Assembly: GCA_964612945.1 (NCBI GenBank)
Contig: CAZTFR010000005.1
Span: forward strand, 1,716 to 65,715
Direction of reading: 5' to 3'
DNA: 64,000 nt
Origin: an uncultured Thermoplasmatales archaeon
GTDB lineage: Archaea; Thermoplasmatota; E2; DHVEG-1
The notes beneath the pieces were generated by a model. It searched no databases, had not been told where the DNA came from, and saw only the letters and a list, made by a program, of their open reading frames with translations. The translations under genes were made by a program, and so were the position numbers. Shown here piece after piece: positions 35,741-45,351 of this stretch (its first letter is position 1; each line of letters begins with the position of its first letter).

Positions 35741-38700
35741 TTACCCTATCTCTAGTTGAGGATTAACAACAAAAGGGAAGAACACAAAGGCAGTTGCTGT
35801 TTTTTGAATCGTTGTTGAATCAGTTGTGGCTTGCAGAGTTATTGTGACTCTTCCAAGACCGAATAAGAAAATTCGGACGTTAACAGATTCATCCGGTTCT
35901 AAGTTTTGAATGTGCCCTGTTTTCTGACGTCCAAGCGGTAAGAGCAGAAGTCCATTGTTTATTTCACATGACCAGTTAATGTCATGTATTGTGTCTTCGC
36001 CAGTATTGCTGATCGAGAGGGAAAGCCCTATTCCGCCGGTGATATTTGATATGTTGAGTTGCTCAGGTTTATATTGTGCGGGTGTAACAAACTGCCAGAG
36101 ATTGCTTTCGTTTTGTTGTCCCATACTATCTTTTGAGACAACCTTCCAATAGTAGGTTGTTGCTTCTTTAAGGTTATTTGTTTGATAGAAGGGTGTATCG
36201 ATATTATCAACAACTTTTGATGGAGTCGTGGTTGTTCCGAAGAAGACATCATATGTTGTGCTATCATCAGGATCTGGATCTCCTCCAATCCAGCTGAGAA
36301 GAGGACTATTGAGTGAAGAGATGGCTTCATCTTCTGGTATGGGTTTGTTGGGTTGATTTGGTGGATTATTACTCCACGTTATAGGATTGATAAGTGGATA
36401 ATGATCGTGGTCGTTTTCGGAGGGTTTATAGTATCCTTCAACTTCATAGGGTGTATCTCCTATGCCGTCACTTCCGGTCTCATTTTGTCCCGGGCCTGAA
36501 TAGTTATCTGACCCGTTGTAATCATCCCAATAGTTTCCGCCGAGAGGATACTCTTCATTCCAAAGATTATGGTCACGTGACCAAGCATTGCATTGATTGT
36601 TAATGAAGTTGTTATAATGGACTTTGTTCTTGTAGGTATCCCAGTCTGTTTCCACTCCGACATCATTGTTTTGGATGATATTTTCTGTTACCTCGCATCT
36701 GGAGGTAAAACAGTCGGCATCTGTGGTGGTGTAAAACATGACGCCGATACCGTTGTCTTCTATTTTATTATGAATAATTGGATTATATGCGGTGTCGATA
36801 TACCAGATACCATATTCGAGGTTGTTTCGTATAAGATTTTTAGATAGAGTATTGTTATGTTTGTTTTCCCAATCGTTTTCACATTCTATTGCCAGGCCAT
36901 ATTTTTGATTATTATCAACGATATTTTCTGTGATAATATTATGACACGATTGCTCATATGCCCACAAACCACCTCGTGAGTTATTGACAAATTTGTTTTG
37001 AACTACGACGTTACGTTCTGAGTTGAGCAGGGTAATCCCACGATAGTTTTGGTAGAAGGTATTACCAGAGAAGATGTTGTAATCAGAGGCGTATGCAAAT
37101 ACACCCATATAAAAAATCGGGCCGATTACATTTCGCGTTATAACATTGTAGTTACTTCGTTCCCGATCATTTCGATGATGTCCAGATAAGGAGATACCAA
37201 CTCGAGCGTTCTGAATATGGTTATGAGCAATAAAGGTATTATGTGCTGCACAGTAGATAGCTGCTAATTCGGTTATGTCATCACCACAATTCATCCGAGT
37301 CCCGGTGTTTTGAATCGTCAGACCCATAATTGAGACATTTTCTGCAATAATATAAAGAATTGAGTCCTTATCCCACCCATCAACAATCGTTGTATCTCTA
37401 TCTTCGCCTACAATAGTAATTGTCTTCCATATTGGCGAGTTGACCTCATGATAATACCCTGGTTTTACAACAATGGTGCCACCGTTTTTCACAGAGACAA
37501 TGGCGTCATGGATGGCTTCATATTTATCATATCCAAATCCAGGTGTTGTTTGGTCAAAATCATCATCAACAATTACTCTCTGAGGTACTATGGTTGGATC
37601 CTTTTTTGAGCTTATAAGTGGTTTTTTATCCTCTGCATTGCTTCCACTGATCTGATAGGGCGTATCTCCGATGCAATCACCATCCTTATCTTCTCCATCG
37701 TAGTCATCCCAGAAATTACCACCCTGTTGAGTATACCATTGAGTATTAAGGCCCTGATCATCTACGTTTTGATCATTGTATTTTATGTTATTGTTGGTTA
37801 CAAGAACGTCTGACACTGCATTTACATAGACTCCTTTTTGTCCGTTTTGTATGCCAAATCCGGTAACTGTTACTTTGTCGCAATATACACCAACAGCGTG
37901 ACCTTTAGTCATTCCATCGATGATTGTTGAGGTTCGGTTTTCACCGATTAATTCTATCTCTTTATCAATAGTAATGCTTTCCCTATAGATGCCATCTCGA
38001 ACAAAAATCCGATAGCCATCACTTGCATTGTCAATGGCATCTTGAATGGAGGTATAATCAACAAGGTAGTTTATTGGTTGACTATCCACAATAAATTGTT
38101 CGTATCCTCCGATGAGAACTATTTCTTTGTCACTATAGAGATATTTTTGAGTCTTAACTTTAAGATATACCTCGTATTTTGCCGATGATAAAACGCTTGT
38201 ATCAAAAGTGCATAATACTCCATCGATGACAGTTTCTGTAGAATTTACAAGTTCTATCCACTCCGAAACTCCACGTTTTGTATAACTGACGGTGTAATAT
38301 TCAAAGTCTTCAGACCAAGCCGATCCTGTGATATCAACAATGGGATCGCTTTCAATCACGATTTTATCAAGATTGGCAATTACGGGGTCTCGAATGATAG
38401 CATCATACGCATTAATTCGACCTCTACCAATCGGAACGGATGAAGATACCTCATCACAGGCATGTTTCAAAATCGTTTTTATCATATCAGGTTTTAAGGC
38501 TGGATTATTTGCAAGTAGCAGAGCAACGAGTCCTGCAGCATGCGGACAGGCCATACTTGTTCCACTTGCAACAGTATAATTCTCTCCGACATCAAGTCCC
38601 ATCGAGGTTCCTTCTGCCTCGAGTGAAAGAATACTTACGCCTGGTGCAGCAACGTCAACTAATTCACCCCAATTAGAAAATGATGCTTTTTTATCATTAT

Positions 38701-39850
38701 AATCGGTTGCAGCAATAACAATTGTTTCATCCATGTTTTGAGGAGTATAATACGATACATCATCATTTGCATTTCCAGCGGCAAAAACAACAACACATCC
38801 TTTGTTATGGACATATCGCACTGCAGATTCAATTACTGGAACGGATTCGACTCTACTGGAATAACTCCAGCTATTACTGACCACCTGTGCGCCATTATCT
38901 ACTGCCCATCGGAGACATTTAGCCAATGTATCAGTATAAGCAGATCCGCTACTGCTAAACCCTTTGACTCCCATAATCTGTGCATGCCAGTTGACACCTA
39001 CGACGCCCACAGAGTTGTTTCCCATACCTGCGATTGTTCCAGAGCAATGTGTTCCATGACCATGATCATCTTTAGGATCACCGTTGTTATACGCATAATT
39101 TGCGCCATAGATATTATCTACAAATCCATCATTATCTGTATCAGTGCCATCAAGTACTTCATCTTCATTAATCCATATGTTATCAACGATATCCTCATGG
39201 GTGTAATCGATACCGGTGTCAATAACGCCTACTACAACATCATGACTTCCCGTGCAAATATCCCATGCTTTGGCAGTATCGATGTTATGCATCCCATATA
39301 GGTCTTTGTAATTTTGATTCCAACTCCCAGATGTGTGATAATAGGGATCATTGGGTTCAAGGCAAAGCGTCGCAATATAATTAGGTTGAGCTAGTTCTAT
39401 CTCTGGTAATTGTTCCCATTCTCGTACTTCATTTTCAACATTAAAAGTGTCAGTATGGATCTTCACCCATCTATCAAGCCCATAGCAAGAGTTATCCGAT
39501 ATTTTCAACTGCGTCGTTTCGAATATGAAAGAAACATTTTCAACTGAAGAAAGATCTGGATTTTTGTTTTGTAATGCTTCAAGAAATATCTGTGTTTTAT
39601 CGTGTGTTGAAATATCAATATCCGATTGAATTTTTGCTAGGATTACACCGGGTTCACACAAGTTCTTATTCTCTTTTAAACGTTTGATACTATTGGTTTG
39701 GATTTTTTTATCAATATATGATTTTTGATAGATGGTCCGTTTTGAGTTATGCGGTGCTATCGATTCAAAAGAATTTGTTTCTATTGCGACAACAGAGGTA
39801 GCGGTTAATATCAGCATACAAATAGTTACTACTACAAGTTTTTCTTTCAC
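35741..39850 (-). CDS. Secreted subtilisin-like serine protease (peptidase S8) with PbH1/NosD repeats, an FN3-like domain and a C-terminal type-A module
   Basis: Signal peptide present. D/H/S triad motifs VGVIDTGID, HGHGTHCSGTIAG and GTSMACPHAAG. PbH1 repeats and an FN3-like segment (YYWKVVSKD...WQFVT). C-terminus …FGLGRVTI…FVFFPFVV. Length 1369 aa. Confidence 0.9.
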   Translation of the reverse strand: MKEKLVVVTICMLILTATSVVAIETNSFESIAPHNSKRTIYQKSYIDKKIQTNSIKRLKENKNLCEPGVILAKIQSDIDISTHDKTQIFLEALQNKNPDLSSVENVSFIFETTQLKISDNSCYGLDRWVKIHTDTFNVENEVREWEQLPEIELAQPNYIATLCLEPNDPYYHTSGSWNQNYKDLYGMHNIDTAKAWDICTGSHDVVVGVIDTGIDYTHEDIVDNIWINEDEVLDGTDTDNDGFVDNIYGANYAYNNGDPKDDHGHGTHCSGTIAGMGNNSVGVVGVNWHAQIMGVKGFSSSGSAYTDTLAKCLRWAVDNGAQVVSNSWSYSSRVESVPVIESAVRYVHNKGCVVVFAAGNANDDVSYYTPQNMDETIVIAATDYNDKKASFSNWGELVDVAAPGVSILSLEAEGTSMGLDVGENYTVASGTSMACPHAAGLVALLLANNPALKPDMIKTILKHACDEVSSSVPIGRGRINAYDAIIRDPVIANLDKIVIESDPIVDITGSAWSEDFEYYTVSYTKRGVSEWIELVNSTETVIDGVLCTFDTSVLSSAKYEVYLKVKTQKYLYSDKEIVLIGGYEQFIVDSQPINYLVDYTSIQDAIDNASDGYRIFVRDGIYRESITIDKEIELIGENRTSTIIDGMTKGHAVGVYCDKVTVTGFGIQNGQKGVYVNAVSDVLVTNNNIKYNDQNVDDQGLNTQWYTQQGGNFWDDYDGEDKDGDCIGDTPYQISGSNAEDKKPLISSKKDPTIVPQRVIVDDDFDQTTPGFGYDKYEAIHDAIVSVKNGGTIVVKPGYYHEVNSPIWKTITIVGEDRDTTIVDGWDKDSILYIIAENVSIMGLTIQNTGTRMNCGDDITELAAIYCAAHNTFIAHNHIQNARVGISLSGHHRNDRERSNYNVITRNVIGPIFYMGVFAYASDYNIFSGNTFYQNYRGITLLNSERNVVVQNKFVNNSRGGLWAYEQSCHNIITENIVDNNQKYGLAIECENDWENKHNNTLSKNLIRNNLEYGIWYIDTAYNPIIHNKIEDNGIGVMFYTTTDADCFTSRCEVTENIIQNNDVGVETDWDTYKNKVHYNNFINNQCNAWSRDHNLWNEEYPLGGNYWDDYNGSDNYSGPGQNETGSDGIGDTPYEVEGYYKPSENDHDHYPLINPITWSNNPPNQPNKPIPEDEAISSLNSPLLSWIGGDPDPDDSTTYDVFFGTTTTPSKVVDNIDTPFYQTNNLKEATTYYWKVVSKDSMGQQNESNLWQFVTPAQYKPEQLNISNITGGIGLSLSISNTGEDTIHDINWSCEINNGLLLLPLGRQKTGHIQNLEPDESVNVRIFLFGLGRVTITLQATTDSTTIQKTATAFVFFPFVVNPQLEIG

Positions 39851-40062
39851 GTGTCTTACGCCCCGTACAGATGTAGTGTTTTTTAGTTGCTCATCAATAT
39901 GAATAATGAGCAGTAGAGAAAATATATATAAGTTATATATATAAATTTTATTAAATGTTCACATTCTAATGTTCTTGTTTAAAAAAAGTTTACATAAATT
40001 ATATAAATGATTAAATTTACATTATAGTGGGAATAGACAAAATAACCTTCACCGTGGTAATT

Positions 40063-41703
40063 ATGAGAATGAATACAAAATTGAAAGTACTAATAAGCAT
40101 ACTGCTGTGCATATCTTTTTTTGCATCGAGTGCAACAGCAATAATACCAGAGATACCAGCTGATACAGAGCCCGTACCTTCACTTTTCGGTACGATTGGA
40201 GCATCTGAGCAGATGAGTCTCCCAGTTGGACCTCGGGGTGAACCTCCGGATGTATTGTGGAACAATACATTTGGAACATCGTTTCATGACGAGAAAGCAA
40301 GAGATATTAAAAAAACCAATGATGGTGGATATATTGTAACGGGGTATGCCCAGCCAGTTGGAGCAGATGCGGATGCATGGCTCTTAAAAGTTGATGCTGA
40401 GGGTAATAAACTCTGGAATACCACCTTCGGTGGCTGTGGATCTGAAATTGCCTATGCAGTATTGCAAACCGACGACAGCGGATATATTCTAACCGGAGAA
40501 TCACGTTCTACAGATACAAGCGGAGATGGTTTTGTCATTAAAACCGATAGCTTGGGCAACATGCTCTGGAATTTCTCCTTTGGAGTACCTGGGGGAGAAG
40601 ATTTTGGATATAAACTAATAGAATCATCAGATAACAACTACATTGTCGTAGGGACCACGAATCTATTAGCGACGCAAGAGATGTTAATAGGCAATGCAAC
40701 TCTTCTGAAAATTGATCAACAGGGTTCACTGATATGGCAAAAAACATATGGTGGAGAAACGATAGATGCAGGATTCTCCGTTGATCAAACCGATGATTAT
40801 GGATTCATCATCAGCGGATTTACCTACTCGTATGCGACAGGTGAGGCCTATGTTGATGCATGGCTGTTAAAAACAGATGCGCAAGGAAACGAACTGTGGA
40901 ATCTCTCTATTGGATATGAATATGCTGCTGAAGTTACCTATGATGTAATACAAACTAATGATGGAAGCTATGCACTGACCGGGTACAGCAGCACAAATGG
41001 CGATATGGATGTCCTTCTAATCAAAACAGATGGAAAAGATTCGCATGAAATCTTTACCTACGATCGATCAAAATTGGATGTGGGGCAGAGTTTTGATCAA
41101 ACCGACGATGAAGGGTTTATCATCGTTGGAACTACGATGAATTGGTATGATAACGAAGGTGGATGTGTTCCAGGCTGGGATCATATTGATTTTTGGATAT
41201 TCAAAACAGATAAAAGCGGAAAGCTTGAGTGGGACACATACTATGGAGGGAAATATGCTGACACCGCATATGCAGTTCAACAGACATCAGATGATGGATT
41301 TATTGTTGCAGGATATTGTATCAAACTTGTAGACGGTAATCAGTATACACGAGACGCATGGCTGATGAATTTTGGAACAAAAGAAGAACCCGAAGTGACG
41401 ATACAAGACGTGAAACCAGGTATCGGATCACTAAACATAACCTTTGAAAATACAGGTGCAGTGTTATGTGGTTGTGCGTGGAATATCAGTGTTCAGGGCG
41501 GCATTCTAAAAAACATTAATGTTTCAGAAAAAGGTGCAGTCTATGGTCTACCAGCCGGAGAGTCTGTATCTGTGGATACAGAAAAACCAATCTTTGGTCT
41601 AGGAAAAATTTCAGTTGAGATTACAGCCTCCTATGCCCGTCCCTGGTCAGGATCAGCATTTGTCATTGGGCCATTTATACTTCATATTCAATCCACCAGT
41701 TAA
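40063..41703 (+). CDS. Secreted beta-propeller protein (SBBP-type repeats: DGGYIxxGYt...DAWLxKxDxxGNxLWNxxFGG) with a C-terminal type-A module
   Basis: Signal peptide MRMNTKLKVLISILLCISFFASSATA. At least seven copies of the DGGYI-TG-...-DAWLLK-D-G-LWN-FGG repeat. C-terminus …ENTGA…IFGLGKISV…FVIGPFILHIQSTS. The start is chosen at the ATG; the track ORF begins at an upstream GTG (40027). Confidence 0.7.
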   Translation: MRMNTKLKVLISILLCISFFASSATAIIPEIPADTEPVPSLFGTIGASEQMSLPVGPRGEPPDVLWNNTFGTSFHDEKARDIKKTNDGGYIVTGYAQPVGADADAWLLKVDAEGNKLWNTTFGGCGSEIAYAVLQTDDSGYILTGESRSTDTSGDGFVIKTDSLGNMLWNFSFGVPGGEDFGYKLIESSDNNYIVVGTTNLLATQEMLIGNATLLKIDQQGSLIWQKTYGGETIDAGFSVDQTDDYGFIISGFTYSYATGEAYVDAWLLKTDAQGNELWNLSIGYEYAAEVTYDVIQTNDGSYALTGYSSTNGDMDVLLIKTDGKDSHEIFTYDRSKLDVGQSFDQTDDEGFIIVGTTMNWYDNEGGCVPGWDHIDFWIFKTDKSGKLEWDTYYGGKYADTAYAVQQTSDDGFIVAGYCIKLVDGNQYTRDAWLMNFGTKEEPEVTIQDVKPGIGSLNITFENTGAVLCGCAWNISVQGGILKNINVSEKGAVYGLPAGESVSVDTEKPIFGLGKISVEITASYARPWSGSAFVIGPFILHIQSTS

Positions 41704-41748
41704 TAAAAAAAAAAGAGGAAAAGAAAAGAATTGATAACATTGAATATT

Positions 41749-42168
41749 CTATCGATGAAGCCAATCACGAGCGATCCGATTGATCCTCATGTCCTCTACA
41801 AATCCTGATGCTAACAGTTTCTTTTTAATTTCTTCGATAGAAAGTGTGCTCTTTGAAATATCTGCTATAATATCCCATCGTGCTTTTGTGCCCCGTTGAT
41901 AACTTTTCGATTCGGTCATCACAAGATCAACGCGTAATGCTGCTAGCTCTGCAGCAATCTTTGCAAGACATCCCGGGGTGTCTCCGAAGTCAAGTTGTAT
42001 TTGAATGAGATCTTTGTGATCTGCGTAGATAGGACTGATGATAAGGGTATTGGTTTTTTTATCAAGACTGAGAAGAATTTCGTCTCCTTCTTTTAAATCC
42101 AAGGTTTCCCTATATTCAGTTGGAATAACCAGTCGACCACGAGTGTCAAGACGAATTACTGAGTTCAT
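41749..42168 (-). CDS. AbrB/MazE-type (SpoVT/AbrB swapped-hairpin) DNA-binding domain fused to an ACT-like domain
   Basis: N-terminal VIRLDTRGRLVIPTEYRETLDLKEGDEILL is the SpoVT/AbrB beta-barrel signature. The C-terminal GCLAKIAAELAALRVDLVM is ACT-like. An oligo-T tract (A-run at 41705-41714 on +) follows the stop. Confidence 0.55.
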   Translation of the reverse strand: MNSVIRLDTRGRLVIPTEYRETLDLKEGDEILLSLDKKTNTLIISPIYADHKDLIQIQLDFGDTPGCLAKIAAELAALRVDLVMTESKSYQRGTKARWDIIADISKSTLSIEEIKKKLLASGFVEDMRINRIARDWLHR

Positions 42169-42482
42169 AATACTCTACCTGTGGGAAATTCGTGGGTATA
42201 TGTATATTGTAGTATTTAAAAATTTCTATTGTACATACCTCCATAGCTCACATATTTAGAACTAATCGGAGAAACAAAAAATTGGTACAACAGACACCTC
42301 ACAAAAATACCTCAAACAAAAACCCAGCCACCACAAAAACACACATCGAATTTGCAGAAGAATACTACCGACAAGAACCCAAAGACTGTTTTTTACACGC
42401 ACTCCGAAAACATAAAAAAGGGTGAAATCAAGAGATGGAAAAAATAGGCTCTCTCACCAATATTCTCTGCTGTAGACAAGTA

Positions 42483-42554
42483 TGGACTCGTCGGGATTTG
42501 AACCCGAGGCCTCTTCCATGCCAAGGAAGCGATCTTCCGCTGATCTACGAGCCC
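42483..42554 (-). tRNA. tRNA-Ala (anticodon GGC)
   Basis: Cloverleaf folds by hand: acceptor GGGCUCG/CGAGUCC with a G3:U70 wobble pair (the Ala identity element), D-stem GAUC, anticodon stem CUUCC/GGAAG with loop UUGGCAU, T-arm UCGGG-UUCAAAU-CCCGA, discriminator A. CCA is not encoded. Length 72 nt. Confidence 0.85.
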
Positions 42555-42647
42555 ACAAGAATCGGAGCCTGAAAAAGAATTCAGGCACATAAAGCTTATG
42601 GATAACAAAAATTTAACTAACGGCTTGCAAATCAACATGCTGCATCA

Positions 42648-43256
42648 ATGAAACAAAAACAGCTCGAAATATTCTTACAAAAAGTACCCCTACCACAGGA
42701 TCCAAAACCAGAATGGGAACAATACATTACCCCCGCACCAATTGCAGCAGATATCATCTATGCAGCCCATCACTTTGACGATATCTACGACAAGACAGTT
42801 CTTGACCTTGGCTGTGGCACAGGTATTTTTGCAATAGGTGCAGCACTCACAGGTGCACAAAACGTCATCGGAATCGATATAGATACAAGACTCATCAGCC
42901 AAGCACAACACTTCGCTCAGCAAGAAAATATTTCGGTAACCTACAAAACCCAAAACATTACAACAGTCACAACACAAGCAGACACCGTGTTTATGAACCC
43001 GCCTTTTGGCGCACAAAAAGCACATCTGCATGCCGATCGACGATTCCTTGAAAAAGCATGTGAAATCAGCACTACCATCTACTCACTACATCTCAACAAA
43101 ACACTTCCCTTCATTGAAACAATGATTAAAGCACTACGAGCAGAGATCACTTGGGAAAAACAATACGCGCATACCATCCCCCATCAGTTTTCCTTTCATA
43201 CTAAACCACAAAAAAAATTTACAGTATCCGCCCTCAGAATACAAACAGATAAATAA
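42648..43256 (+). CDS. SAM-dependent methyltransferase with NPPF motif (METTL5/HemK-like putative N6-adenine or N5-Gln methylase)
   Basis: DLGCGTGIFAIGAAL (motif I) and FMNPPFG (the NPPF/Y catalytic motif). Length 202 aa. Confidence 0.65.
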   Translation: MKQKQLEIFLQKVPLPQDPKPEWEQYITPAPIAADIIYAAHHFDDIYDKTVLDLGCGTGIFAIGAALTGAQNVIGIDIDTRLISQAQHFAQQENISVTYKTQNITTVTTQADTVFMNPPFGAQKAHLHADRRFLEKACEISTTIYSLHLNKTLPFIETMIKALRAEITWEKQYAHTIPHQFSFHTKPQKKFTVSALRIQTDK

Positions 43257-43357
43257 GACTTAGACGAACAGAGTTACTTTTTAAGCATTATCCGAAAGTA
43301 TAATAATATACTACTTTATCTGCTTTCGATTCAGAACACCTAAAAAATATCAGGATA

Positions 43358-43765
43358 GTGAATACTTTGGCACGGAAAAAAACCAAGAAATTCAGAGGAT
43401 CAATGACACACGGCCGAGGAAAAAAAGCAGGCCGTGGATCAGGATTACGAGGCGGACGAGGAAACGCAGGGATGCTTAAACATCGCTATATGTATATGAC
43501 AAAAAATATGCCCGATCATTTTGGAAGGCATGGTTTTAAAAGACATAAAAGCCTTACGAAACAAGAGACTATCATAAACGTTGGTCGCCTTGAGGAGAGA
43601 TACCCCGGGAAAAAAGAAATCAATCTCACCAAAGAGGGAGTTGATAAACTTCTTGGTGGAGGAACCGTAAAAAACAAATTAAAAATAACAGTTAATAAAG
43701 CCTCTCAGAAAGCCGTTGAAAAAATAAAAGAACAAGGCGGCGACATCATCACACCAGAAACATAA
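43358..43765 (+). CDS. rpl15: 50S ribosomal protein L15 (uL15)
   Basis: ARKKTKKFRGSMTHGRGKKAGRGSGLRGGRGNAG matches the archaeal L15P N-terminus. It sits directly upstream of secY as in the conserved cluster. Non-ATG start per the ORF track. By my base count the A-run near the start appears one base out of register with the track translation, so the start coordinate may be off by ±1. Confidence 0.85.
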   Translation: MNTLARKKTKKFRGSMTHGRGKKAGRGSGLRGGRGNAGMLKHRYMYMTKNMPDHFGRHGFKRHKSLTKQETIINVGRLEERYPGKKEINLTKEGVDKLLGGGTVKNKLKITVNKASQKAVEKIKEQGGDIITPET

Positions 43766-43776
43766 AGGGTTTCACC

Positions 43777-45351
43777 ATGGCAGAAGAAAAACAAAGCAGA
43801 CTATACGCCCTTAAACCTATAATTGAACGATGGCCAGCCGTTACCAAACCGGAGGGCCACATCACCTTCAGAACAAAAATGTTCTGGACGATTTTGTGTC
43901 TGATTTTGTATTTCATTCTGACAAATATTACGATTTACGGACTCACTGGCCGTGCGATTGATATTTTTGCAAGCTTCCGTACAATTATGGCTGGAGCCTC
44001 CGGTTCGATTATGCACCTTGGTATTGGACCGATTGTTACTGCATCGATTATATTGCAGCTCTTTGTTGGTGCAAAAATTATCAATCTTGATTTGCAGAAA
44101 AAAGAAGACAAAGCAATTTATCAGGGGACGCAAAAGGTTCTTGTTATTGTTATGATCCTTGTGGAAGCAATTCCTCAAGTATTCGGATATTTAGTCCCAA
44201 ATGATGTATTGGTAAGTCAAGTAGATCTCGCTGGTGCTCGTCTAATTATCATAGGCCAACTATTCATAGGAGCATTTCTTGTATTTCTGATGGATGAACT
44301 GATTTCGAAATGGGGTATTGGTTCAGGTATTTCGCTTTTTATTGCAGCAGGTGTTTCACAGTCGATTTTTACGGGATTGTTTAACTGGCTACCAAGATCT
44401 GCTGGAGAATTATCGCCATTAAACCCTCCTGTTGGTTTCATTCCTGGGACAGCGTTTTTGCTATCTGATTTATCTTTAAGTGAAATTATTAGTGGAAGTG
44501 CTCGAACTGGCGGATTGGGGGGATTTGAAATTCTTTTTATTGGAAGAGGGATATTCCCTAACGCCATTGTCCCCTTAATAGGTACTATCGCAATATTTCT
44601 GATTGTAGTCTATGCAGAGTCATCTCGTATTGAACTACCTCTCGCTCATGGCCGAGTTCGTGGTGCACGAGGTCGTTATCCAATTCGGCTAATTTATGCA
44701 TCAAATATCCCCGTCATTTTGATGGCAGCATTGCTCGCAAATGTAAACATGTTTGCATTATTGTTTTATACCCACCCAACACTCAGTCGATTACCCTTTA
44801 TTGGTAAACAATGGTGGATTGGATATTATGACACATCTGCGTTAAACCAGAATCCATCCTCTCCCTTGTATGGGGGTGCGTGGTATGTTTCAGGTTTAAA
44901 TGGAATCGAGGGGTGGTTACTCCCCATATTGCAAGGAGGCGATGGAACACATGAACCATTTCAGTTTGCCATCAAAGTAATAATCTACCTATCGGTGATG
45001 ATTTTTGGCTCTATTCTCTTTGCAAAGTTCTGGATTGAGACAACAAATATGGGTCCACGAGCGGTAGCTCGGCAAATTCAAAGTTCAGGTATGCAGATAC
45101 CAGGTTTCCGTCGTGATCCCCGGGTTTTAGGCCGGGTACTCGAACGTTACATCCCTGTCGTCACAGTTATTGGTGGTGCTGCAGTTGGTGCACTTGCGGG
45201 AATCTCCGATGCGATTGGTACTATTGGAAATGCAAGTGGAACAGGACTATTGTTAACAGTTGGTATTATGATTAATCTCTATGAACAAATTGCAAAAGAG
45301 CAGGCAATGGAGATGCATCCTGTGCTGCGAGGGTTCTTTGGAAATGAATAA
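43777..45351 (+). CDS. secY: Preprotein translocase subunit SecY
   Basis: Ten-TM topology with the conserved SecY segments. It lies between rpl15 and adk as in archaeal ribosomal superoperons. Confidence 0.9.
   Translation: MAEEKQSRLYALKPIIERWPAVTKPEGHITFRTKMFWTILCLILYFILTNITIYGLTGRAIDIFASFRTIMAGASGSIMHLGIGPIVTASIILQLFVGAKIINLDLQKKEDKAIYQGTQKVLVIVMILVEAIPQVFGYLVPNDVLVSQVDLAGARLIIIGQLFIGAFLVFLMDELISKWGIGSGISLFIAAGVSQSIFTGLFNWLPRSAGELSPLNPPVGFIPGTAFLLSDLSLSEIISGSARTGGLGGFEILFIGRGIFPNAIVPLIGTIAIFLIVVYAESSRIELPLAHGRVRGARGRYPIRLIYASNIPVILMAALLANVNMFALLFYTHPTLSRLPFIGKQWWIGYYDTSALNQNPSSPLYGGAWYVSGLNGIEGWLLPILQGGDGTHEPFQFAIKVIIYLSVMIFGSILFAKFWIETTNMGPRAVARQIQSSGMQIPGFRRDPRVLGRVLERYIPVVTVIGGAAVGALAGISDAIGTIGNASGTGLLLTVGIMINLYEQIAKEQAMEMHPVLRGFFGNE

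Noticed and set aside
21421-41703. The GPF-containing C-terminal tails as PGF-CTERM/archaeosortase A sorting signals
   Set aside because: PGF-CTERM requires a Pro-Gly-Phe motif followed by a transmembrane helix and a short basic tail. These tails end within 3-8 residues of GPF/FPF, with no TM segment or Arg/Lys cluster. I kept the observation as a novel module instead.
42393-42638. 81-aa ORF on the minus strand
   Set aside because: It fully contains tRNA-Ala(GGC) (42483..42554). It is a spurious ORF over an RNA gene.
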